Shown here: in pieces, positions 56,128-64,000 of the stretch
Numbering within the stretch: the first letter of the stretch is position 1
Layout of the letters: each line of letters starts with the position of its first letter
DNA from: Oligoflexia bacterium
GTDB lineage: Bacteria > Bdellovibrionota > UBA1018
Reading direction: 5' to 3'
Length of the DNA stretch: 64,000 bases
Assembly: GCA_963758495.1 (NCBI GenBank)
Contig: CAVWVI010000003.1
Location: forward strand, 1,408,001 to 1,472,000
Notes under the pieces: generated by a model
What the model saw: the letters and a program-made list of their open reading frames with translations, nothing else
The model's database searches: none
Told to the model about the DNA's origin: nothing
Translations under genes and position numbers: made by a program

Positions 56128-56451
56128 ATGGAGGTCGTCGTGACGAAAGCATTCTTTTATCTGATTCCAATCTTTATATTGTCTGCCTGCGCTTCGCCTC
56201 GGGTGGGTAATATGGGTCTTCTCTATACGGATACAGAAACGGGTCTAGCTGTGACTCAAAACCTTGCCGGAACTCGAGTCGGCGAGGCATGTTTACAGTC
56301 CTATTTAGGATTGATCTCAACTGGAGATGCGAGTATTGAAACCGCGCGACGTACAGGAGGAATTACCTCTATTACGTCTGTAGACGAGAAATCCACGGGT
56401 ATTCTAGGTTTTATTTATCGAAAATATTGTACCGTTGTTCGTGGAAGATAA
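56128..56451 (+). CDS. TRL-like family lipoprotein
   Basis: Lipobox LSAC; GEAC..SYLGLISTGDASIETA...GIT.I..VD...CTVVRG. Confidence 0.8.
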   Translation: MEVVVTKAFFYLIPIFILSACASPRVGNMGLLYTDTETGLAVTQNLAGTRVGEACLQSYLGLISTGDASIETARRTGGITSITSVDEKSTGILGFIYRKYCTVVRGR

Positions 56452-56459
56452 GCCGGGTT

Positions 56460-59120
56460 TTATTCAAGGTAAGATTTTAAAAATCTTCCGGTATGACTCG
56501 CCTTGTTTTTAACTACTTCTTCAGGGGTTCCAATAGCGATAATAGAACCACCCGCTGTTCCTCCGTCCGGCCCTAGGTCAATAATATGATCTGCGACTTT
56601 AATGATGTCTAAATTATGTTCAATGATGATGACGGTGTTTCCTTGGTCTACCAGAGCTTGTAAGATGGCAATCAGTTTATTGATGTCATCAAAGTGTAAC
56701 CCTGTAGAAGGCTCATCTAGTATGTAGACAGTTCGACCTGTACTACGACGAGAAAGTTCTTTAGAGAGCTTAATTCTTTGTGCTTCACCCCCAGAAAGAG
56801 TGGTGGAACTTTGCCCGAGATGAAGATAGCCTAGGCCTACTTCATTAAGGATCTTGAGTTTGGCTTTGATGTGAGGGATTGCCTCAAAGAACGGATAGGC
56901 TTCGGCGCCAGTCATTTCAAGAACGTCCGCAATATTTTTCCCTTTATAGCGAATCTCCAGGGTCTCTCGATTGTATCTGCGGCCTTTACAGATGTCACAT
57001 TGAACATAGACGTCAGGGAGAAAGTGCATTTCAATTTTTGTGGTGCCATCGCCTGCACATGCTTCGCAGCGTCCTCCTTTTACATTGAAGGAATATCTTC
57101 CTGGACCGTACCCCCGAACTTTGGATTCAGGAAGTTGCGCGAAAAGTTCTCTAATGAAGCTGAAAAGGCCAGTGTAGGTGGCGGGATTGGAACGTGGAGT
57201 TTTTCCAATCGGGCTTTGATCAATGTCGATCACTTTATCAATATGGTTCATGCCGTGAATTTTACGGACATGAAGATCGCCATAATTAATCTTATAGAGA
57301 GATTGAATTAAGGAGCGATAAAGGGTGTCAATAATGAGAGTGCTTTTACCGCTTCCAGAAACTCCGGTGACGCAAGTCAGGACACCTAGTGGCACATCCA
57401 CATGGATGTTCTTTAAATTATTTTGAGTAGCCCCTTCCATTCGTAGAGCGCGGTCAGACGTCCATGGGCGTCTGACTTTGGGAATTGCAATTTTTAAGTC
57501 ACCTCGCAAATAGCGACCGGTTAAACTTTTCTTAGATTTTAAAATATCTTTGACGGTGCCAGCTGCAACAATATGTCCACCTAAGTTGCCTGCTCCTGGT
57601 CCTAAATCTAAAACCCAATCTGCTCGTTCAATTGTTTCTCGGTCGTGTTCGACAACGAGTACTGTGTTCCCTAAGTCACGAAGGCGGGAGAGGGTGGAAA
57701 TGAGCTTTTCATTGTCGCGTTGATGGAGACCAATACTTGGCTCGTCCAGAACATAAATGACACCTACCAGGGAGCTTCCGATCTGAGTCGCTAATCGAAT
57801 TCTTTGTGCTTCTCCACCGGAAAGGGTTTGAGCAGAGCGACCTAGGCTGAGGTAACCGACACCGACTTCATTGAGGAAATGGAGACGTTCCTTGATTTCC
57901 TTTAAGATTCGATCGGCAATCATTTTTTCACGATCTTTCAAATTTAGAGTTTCGAAAAAACGTGCGACTTCTAGGATGGAAAAGCTACAGATTTCGGCAA
58001 TATTTTTATTTACGAGTTTGAAACTTAAGCTTTCTTTACGGAGTCGTGTTCCGAGACAGGATGGACACGCATCTGTTTCTGCAGTGATTTCACGGGGAGC
58101 TATGATTTCATCACGTTCGTTTTCACGTTCAGTTTTAAGAAGAGCTTCTTCATCTTCTTTGTCCTTTGCTTGACTCTTTGCTGGATCAATTCCCAGACCA
58201 TCACATTGAGGACAAGCTCCCATGGGGCTGTTGAATGAAAACGTTCTGGGTTCAGGCTCTGGATAGCTGATATGACAATTCACACAAGAAAACTTTTCTG
58301 ACATGAGAGTTTCTTTGCGGACAGAATTTTCTTGAGTTTCGAGCAGGAGAAGACCTTCACCTAGTTTCAAAGCAAGTTCTACGGAATCGCTGACACGAGT
58401 GCCAAACATTCCCAGATCGTCTTTATTCGTTGAAGGACTAGCGGCTGGATTAATTATAGGTATAATTAAACGATCAATGTAGACTGAAATATCATGTTTT
58501 TTGTTTTTATCTAAAGAAATATCCTGTGAAAGGTCGAGGACCTCTTGATCTACTTTCACCCGAACAAATCCCCTTTGGCGAAGCTGCTGCAGTTCCTTTT
58601 GGTATTCTCCCTTTCGTCCACGAACGATAGGAGCGAGAACGGATATGCGTGTTCCCTGAGGAGAGGAGAGGATATGATCCACAATCTGTTGAGGGGATTG
58701 CGATTGGATGGGCATTCCACATTTCCAGCAGAAAGGCTTTGCTATTCTAGAGTAAAGCAGTCGTAGGTAGTCATAGATTTCGGTAACAGTTCCTACCGTG
58801 GATCGAGGATTGTAGCTCGTGGTTCGTTGCTCGATTGATATCGTAGGGCTTAATCCAGAAATGGATTCAACATCTGGCTTTCCTAACTGTTCTAGAAATT
58901 GCCTGGCATATGCAGAGAGGCTTTCCACATAACGACGTTGACCCTCGGCATAAATAGTATCAAATGCGAGTGACGACTTGCCAGAACCCGATGGCCCCGT
59001 GATCACGGTGAGTCGATCTCTCGGAATGACAGCATCAATATTTTTAAGATTGTGCACTCGAGCGCCTCGCACGACGATGGCTTCGTCATTATTAAGAGGT
59101 GCACGACGTTTTGTTGTCAT
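56460..59120 (-). CDS. uvrA: Excinuclease ABC subunit A
   Basis: [19 protein letters not shown], two LSGGEAQR motifs, zinc CxxC motifs. Confidence 0.97.
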   Translation of the reverse strand: MTTKRRAPLNNDEAIVVRGARVHNLKNIDAVIPRDRLTVITGPSGSGKSSLAFDTIYAEGQRRYVESLSAYARQFLEQLGKPDVESISGLSPTISIEQRTTSYNPRSTVGTVTEIYDYLRLLYSRIAKPFCWKCGMPIQSQSPQQIVDHILSSPQGTRISVLAPIVRGRKGEYQKELQQLRQRGFVRVKVDQEVLDLSQDISLDKNKKHDISVYIDRLIIPIINPAASPSTNKDDLGMFGTRVSDSVELALKLGEGLLLLETQENSVRKETLMSEKFSCVNCHISYPEPEPRTFSFNSPMGACPQCDGLGIDPAKSQAKDKEDEEALLKTERENERDEIIAPREITAETDACPSCLGTRLRKESLSFKLVNKNIAEICSFSILEVARFFETLNLKDREKMIADRILKEIKERLHFLNEVGVGYLSLGRSAQTLSGGEAQRIRLATQIGSSLVGVIYVLDEPSIGLHQRDNEKLISTLSRLRDLGNTVLVVEHDRETIERADWVLDLGPGAGNLGGHIVAAGTVKDILKSKKSLTGRYLRGDLKIAIPKVRRPWTSDRALRMEGATQNNLKNIHVDVPLGVLTCVTGVSGSGKSTLIIDTLYRSLIQSLYKINYGDLHVRKIHGMNHIDKVIDIDQSPIGKTPRSNPATYTGLFSFIRELFAQLPESKVRGYGPGRYSFNVKGGRCEACAGDGTTKIEMHFLPDVYVQCDICKGRRYNRETLEIRYKGKNIADVLEMTGAEAYPFFEAIPHIKAKLKILNEVGLGYLHLGQSSTTLSGGEAQRIKLSKELSRRSTGRTVYILDEPSTGLHFDDINKLIAILQALVDQGNTVIIIEHNLDIIKVADHIIDLGPDGGTAGGSIIAIGTPEEVVKNKASHTGRFLKSYLE

Positions 59121-59145
59121 AAAATCAACTTTCCCTCGGTGGCCT

Positions 59146-60579
59146 TTAGTGGCTTGCAGATGTGCGAAGATCTAATGGCTTGTGTCCAATTGTTTTTCCA
59201 GCACTGATCAAAGCACTTTCTACAATGTGTCTGACTTCTTGTAAACGTTGAGAAGTAGAGGCTTCAAAACGTAAAACGAGTACCGGTTGGGTATTAGAAG
59301 CGCGGACTAGTCCCCAGCTATCTCCGAAATCAACGCGGACTCCATCAATGTCTATGATTTTGTACTGGGCAGCCAGGCGGCTTTTTGTTTCATCCACCAA
59401 TTTAAATTTCTTGTCCTCCTCGCATTCCACTCGAATTTCAGGAGTGGATTCGGTGTGAGGTAAATCAACTAAAAGTGAAGAAAGAGGTTCCGGGGTATCT
59501 GATGCAATTTCATAGACACGAAGTGCAGCATAGATGGCATCATCATATCCAAAATACCGGTCTGCAAAAAAGATGTGGCCTGACATTTCTCCGGCGAGGG
59601 CTGCCCCAGTTTCTTTCATCTTTGACTTAATGAGCGAGTGACCTGTTTTCCACATGATGGGTTTGCCTCCCCTCGCTGCAATATCATTATAAAGCTTATG
59701 ACTTGATTTAACTTCAGAGATAATGGTGGCACCAGGATTGGTTTTTAAGATACTGCGAGAGAAAAGAACCATCAATTCGTCACCAAATAGAATTCTTCCA
59801 GTCTCGTCTACTAAGCCAATTCGATCCGAGTCACCATCGAACGCGATTCCAAAGTCTGCTTTGTGTCGAATGACGGCCGCTACCAGGTCTTTGAGATTTT
59901 CGGGTACGGTAGGATCAGGGTGGTGATTCGGGAAGCTTCCGTCTAGCTCACAAAAAAGAGGAATCACTTCTGCTCCGAGTCGTGTAAACAACTCAGGAGC
60001 AACGGTGCTTGCTGTACCGTTTCCCGCATCTAGAACAATTTTTTTTCGTTTTAATGGTTTTGCATTTTTCACAAGGTAGTTGAGATATTGAGGAATGACT
60101 TCAAAATCTGAAACTTCACCCGTTTTCTGTTTAAAAACAAAGCCCGAGCTTAGTTTTTCCATTAATACTCGAATTTCCTGTATCTGTTTTCCATAAATTG
60201 TATCTTTGCCAATGCAGATTTTAAAGCCATTGTAGGTGCCAGGATTATGGGAGCCGGTAACCATGATTCCACCATCTAGATTTTGATCGAAGGTGCTGAA
60301 GTAAGTGAGGGGTGTCGGACAGATGCCTAAGCGAATGACATTTAGCCCTCCTTGGGTTAATCCAGAAATCAGGGCTGTTCTATAGCTTTCGCTGGAGAGT
60401 CGACAATCCCATCCTACAGAAACAGTCAAAGTTTTGCGCGAAGCTACAGGTGATCGGTCTGATATATAAAGCGCATAAGCTCTGCCCAGGCATTCAGCAA
60501 ATTCTGGTGTCAATTCTGTGTCTGCAAGACCTCGAATATCATATTCACGAAAGATGGAAGATGGAATTTTTAATGTCAT
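59146..60579 (-). CDS. Phosphomannomutase/phosphoglucomutase
   Basis: [33 protein letters not shown]. Confidence 0.95.
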   Translation of the reverse strand: MTLKIPSSIFREYDIRGLADTELTPEFAECLGRAYALYISDRSPVASRKTLTVSVGWDCRLSSESYRTALISGLTQGGLNVIRLGICPTPLTYFSTFDQNLDGGIMVTGSHNPGTYNGFKICIGKDTIYGKQIQEIRVLMEKLSSGFVFKQKTGEVSDFEVIPQYLNYLVKNAKPLKRKKIVLDAGNGTASTVAPELFTRLGAEVIPLFCELDGSFPNHHPDPTVPENLKDLVAAVIRHKADFGIAFDGDSDRIGLVDETGRILFGDELMVLFSRSILKTNPGATIISEVKSSHKLYNDIAARGGKPIMWKTGHSLIKSKMKETGAALAGEMSGHIFFADRYFGYDDAIYAALRVYEIASDTPEPLSSLLVDLPHTESTPEIRVECEEDKKFKLVDETKSRLAAQYKIIDIDGVRVDFGDSWGLVRASNTQPVLVLRFEASTSQRLQEVRHIVESALISAGKTIGHKPLDLRTSASH

Positions 60580-60584
60580 TTTAT

Positions 60585-61676
60585 TTAACCTGCGTTTCTC
60601 TTTTGGATAAACCGAGTTGCTAACTTGATAGCGGCCAGGAGGCTAGATGGGTTCGCTATACCCTTCCCTGCGATATCAAATCCAACGCCATGATCTACCG
60701 AAGTTCGAATGATCGGTAGACCCAACGTTACATTGACGGTATTGTGGAAATCAAGCAGCTTCACAGGGATTAATCCCTGATCATGGTACATACATACGAC
60801 GGCGTCAAATCGATTTTGAACAGGAGTAAGAAGCTGTTTTGCAAAGAATGTATCGGCCGGAAAAGGGCCCGATACTTGGAACTGCCCTTGTGAGGCTTGA
60901 TTTAAACTTTGAATTTCTGGTTCAATAATGTCGATTTCTTCTTTTCCAAAAAGTCCATTTTCGCCAGCATGCGGATTGAGGGCCGTAACAGCGATTTTGG
61001 GTCTATCGAGACCCCAAAAACTTTTAAGGCCCTGAATGGTTTGCATCACCGCTCGTTTAATTTTTCCCCGAGTGATGGAAGCAGAAACCTCGTGTATTCC
61101 TAAATGAGTAGTGACTAGAGAAACGCGGAGGAGTTCATTTGCCAGCATCATTGTTACTTCGGGAGTACCACCGGGAATGTTATCTGAGTTGCTAGCTGAA
61201 TTGGTACCCACATTGCTACCCACATTGCTACAAAGATGAGCCAGAAACTCCGTATGACCTGGATAATGATAGCCACCCTTTTGTAAATGATCTTTGCTGA
61301 TAGGGCCTGTGACCAGAGCAGAAGCAAACCCATTTAACACAAGTCGCGTTGCATGTTGAATCGACCAACCCGATTGAAAACCTTCTAGAGACAGACCAGG
61401 AGGAGCTTTGTGGGGTGCGGGTAAAAGCCAAACCGTGGAATGGGTTCCTGGTGGAGGCTCAAAAGTATCCGCGTCAATAGGAACCTCTTTTATCGGTGCT
61501 TGGAGTGCTTCAAAAGGTTCTCGAGCACCGATGCATAACAAAGCTATGTTTTCTTGATCGAGCAGACCTGAACGAATGGCTTTCCATGTAATTTCGGGCC
61601 CTATTCCTTTGGGGTCACCTGGTGTAATCACAAGAATTGATTTTTTCGTCATAAGAATATCCAGGGAAATATCCAA
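60585..61676 (-). CDS. pdxA: 4-hydroxythreonine-4-phosphate dehydrogenase
   Basis: GDPKGIGPEI, GHTEFL, LNPHAGE, MYHDQG, RTSVDHG. Confidence 0.95.
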   Translation of the reverse strand: MDISLDILMTKKSILVITPGDPKGIGPEITWKAIRSGLLDQENIALLCIGAREPFEALQAPIKEVPIDADTFEPPPGTHSTVWLLPAPHKAPPGLSLEGFQSGWSIQHATRLVLNGFASALVTGPISKDHLQKGGYHYPGHTEFLAHLCSNVGSNVGTNSASNSDNIPGGTPEVTMMLANELLRVSLVTTHLGIHEVSASITRGKIKRAVMQTIQGLKSFWGLDRPKIAVTALNPHAGENGLFGKEEIDIIEPEIQSLNQASQGQFQVSGPFPADTFFAKQLLTPVQNRFDAVVCMYHDQGLIPVKLLDFHNTVNVTLGLPIIRTSVDHGVGFDIAGKGIANPSSLLAAIKLATRFIQKRNAG

Positions 61677-61683
61677 GCAAAGG

Positions 61684-62706
61684 TCAAGGAGCAGCTCGAT
61701 GAATGGATACGGTTTGTCTCTGTCTGTCTAGCCAAAGTGAAATTTGGTGTTGATATTCGGCAGCATTCAACTGATTTCTAATTTCTTCTTTCATTTTGTT
61801 GAGACGCTCACTGTCATCTGATTTCACATCGACTAATTTTAAAATGTAATTTCGCTTGGATAAGCTATCCGTAAAGACGTCACTGACTTCCCCAATCTTG
61901 AGTTTTTTTGCGTGCTCTCGAATCACTGGGTGCATCTGATCTTCAGTGAGCACACCTAAATCTCCTCCAGAGGTGGAAGACGCATCATCGCTGACGCGCT
62001 TTGCTACTTCTTCAAAAGACTCGCCCCCTTTGATATCTTTTAGAGCTTGAATGGCTACTTTATTTGCGGCGGCAAAGGTTTTATAGCTTTTAGGTGATAT
62101 TGTAATAATTTCTAAATGAAAGGCGCGAGAAGAGAAGGAAGATTCTCGAGCGTAGTGATTATAAAAATAATTTTTTATATCATCATCTGAAATGCTGACT
62201 TTAGTTCTGATATCCCGGTCAATGAGATCTCTTTTACTTCCTGAATCTCGAATAAGATCGAAGTAATCTGAGAATTTAAATCCTTCTCTTGTAAGGGCTT
62301 CTTTTAAAGCAGCCCGATCCAGATGATTAGTGGCTTGAATCGAATTGATTTCTTGTTCAACCTCTCCGTCTGTTTTTGGAAATTGTTGAGAAATGATACG
62401 CTCATCAATTAGAAAATCGACAATTTCCTGGGTAGGTGCATCACTTCCCTTGGCAGCAACTGGAGTTCCCGCAAATAGAGGATCAAGCTGAGATCTCAAT
62501 TTTACTATTTCCCGGAATTTGGAAACATCAGACGTTAAAATGAGGGAGGAGTTCACAGATGCCTCAAGTCGATCCAAAATGACTCTCGCTTGAAGTTGTC
62601 TTTCTGAAAATGACGCTAATGCAACAAACGACGTGAGTCCAGTTAATATAAATAATGGAAATCTATGCATACTGAGTAAGTTTTTGCATATTCTGTCGAA
62701 AATCAC
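61684..62706 (-). CDS. surA: SurA-like parvulin peptidyl-prolyl isomerase/chaperone
   Basis: SurA N-domain pattern, FEEVAKRVSDD...GGDLG; mfd-surA-pdxA synteny. Confidence 0.8.
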   Translation of the reverse strand: MIFDRICKNLLSMHRFPLFILTGLTSFVALASFSERQLQARVILDRLEASVNSSLILTSDVSKFREIVKLRSQLDPLFAGTPVAAKGSDAPTQEIVDFLIDERIISQQFPKTDGEVEQEINSIQATNHLDRAALKEALTREGFKFSDYFDLIRDSGSKRDLIDRDIRTKVSISDDDIKNYFYNHYARESSFSSRAFHLEIITISPKSYKTFAAANKVAIQALKDIKGGESFEEVAKRVSDDASSTSGGDLGVLTEDQMHPVIREHAKKLKIGEVSDVFTDSLSKRNYILKLVDVKSDDSERLNKMKEEIRNQLNAAEYQHQISLWLDRQRQTVSIHRAAP

Positions 62707-62715
62707 TACTAGAAA

Positions 62716-64000
62716 TCAGGAAAACTCCTTAAATAGGCTTTCGAGTCCAAAGAAAAGATCGCGGGGTGAGGTCGTCGCTATTTTTGCGATCAGTTTAGAG
62801 TCTGGCTTCAATTGGTACCGATCGGGGTATGCAGAAAGCAAGGCTATGGTTCGAATGGGATTCAGGAGACTATGAGGTCCTGGCAAAAGAGAAACCTTTT
62901 CTGGACCTACGGTGAGTGCATCAATTCTACATTTTTTTAAAAGGATTTTAATACGAATTAACCAAAGTAAATTCTGTGCTTCAATGGGAGGATTTCCAAA
63001 GCGGTCTCTCATTTCTTCTTCGAGATGATCAATTTCTGTCTCTTGGGATGCTGCTGAAAAGCGGCGGTAGAGCGAAAGTCTTTGGTGAACATCGGGGACA
63101 TAAGCTTCCGCCAAAAAAGAGGGGAAGGGAATTTTAATTTCGGGTTCTCTACTGGATTCTAGAGTGGCCGAATCCTGACCTTGAAGCTCTTGGATTGCTT
63201 CTTCAAGAATTTCCGTATAAAGATCAAACCCAACAGCTGCAATACTCCCAGATTGCTGTGGACCTAAAATATCACCCCCCCCTCGAATTTCGAGGTCATG
63301 TGAGGCAATGCTAAAACCACTTCCAAGTTCGACAAATTTTTGAATGACTTCGAGACGACGTTTAGCATCTTCCGTGATTCGTTTTTCATGTGGAATCAAA
63401 AGATATGCATAAGCTCTTTGCTGTGATCGCCCGACTCGGCCACGAATTTGGTAAAGCTGTGCTAACCCCAAGGTATCTGCACGGTCTATAATAATGGTAT
63501 TTGCAGATGGAAGGTCTATTCCTGATTCTATAATTGTTGTGCATATAAGAACATTGCTCTTCTTATGATAAAATGAGTCCATTGCAGTTTCCAGTTCCCG
63601 TTCAGGCATTTGTCCATGGGCAACAAGAATTTGTGCGGCAGGTACTAACTCCTGAACTCGAGAAGCCGTTTTATAAATAGAGTGCACTTTATTATGGAGA
63701 AAAAATACCTGACCTCCTCTAGAGAGTTCAAACTCAATGGCGCGTTTGATTACGGCGTCATCATATTGTGAAATATAAGTTCGTATAGGCAGACGGTCTA
63801 TAGGTGGAGTATTGATTAGACTAATGTCTCGAAGGCCGGAGAGCGCCATGTGCAAAGTTCGAGGAATAGGCGTAGCTGTCAAAGTCAAGACATGGGTATT
63901 TGTTCTTAGCGTTTTTAAACGCTCTTTATGTTCAACCCCAAAGCGGTGTTCTTCGTCTACTATGATAAGGCCCAGATCATGAAAAATGACATCTTTTGAG
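62716..64000 (-). CDS. mfd: Transcription-repair coupling factor, 3' part; start beyond the window's right edge
   Basis: [46 protein letters not shown]-terminal domain. Confidence 0.97.
   Translation of the reverse strand, partial: SKDVIFHDLGLIIVDEEHRFGVEHKERLKTLRTNTHVLTLTATPIPRTLHMALSGLRDISLINTPPIDRLPIRTYISQYDDAVIKRAIEFELSRGGQVFFLHNKVHSIYKTASRVQELVPAAQILVAHGQMPERELETAMDSFYHKKSNVLICTTIIESGIDLPSANTIIIDRADTLGLAQLYQIRGRVGRSQQRAYAYLLIPHEKRITEDAKRRLEVIQKFVELGSGFSIASHDLEIRGGGDILGPQQSGSIAAVGFDLYTEILEEAIQELQGQDSATLESSREPEIKIPFPSFLAEAYVPDVHQRLSLYRRFSAASQETEIDHLEEEMRDRFGNPPIEAQNLLWLIRIKILLKKCRIDALTVGPEKVSLLPGPHSLLNPIRTIALLSAYPDRYQLKPDSKLIAKIATTSPRDLFFGLESLFKEFS

Overview
Chromosomal origin region of a bacterium whose gene content and order resemble Bdellovibrionota/Oligoflexia-type (deltaproteobacteria-like) genomes; the taxon is inferred. 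Core genes, left to right: gcvP (partial), tonB-like, PBP1A, tlyA, xseB, the F1/b/b' ATP synthase operon, bactofilin, parB/parA with two parS sites, rsmG, mnmG, tRNA-Gly(CCC), dnaA (carrying a 1-nt frameshift), rpmH-rnpA-yidD-yidC-mnmE, a beta-oxidation trio, a DnaA-box-rich oriC upstream of dnaN-recF-gyrB-gyrA, atpB/atpE, uvrA, PMM/PGM, pdxA, surA and mfd (partial). Three accessory islets carry the unusual signals. (1) At 52.2-54.1 kb, seven 31-bp palindromes with co-varying arms and interspersed IHF sites precede an ORF6N-domain protein fused to a close copy of DnaA domain IV. The palindrome is the DNA encoding a conserved ORF6N peptide motif, and two decayed ORF6N relics retaining it occur nearby, one beside oriC. 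(2) At 9.7-11.1 kb, a solitary type I-F CRISPR repeat without cas genes lies behind a hicAB toxin-antitoxin pair and a SEC-C gene. (3) At 29.4-31.4 kb, an IS110 element is inserted into a hairpin of a structured, ORF-less IS200/IS605-type element with an intact TnpB-type right end. All statements come from reading the sequence by eye; no searches were run.
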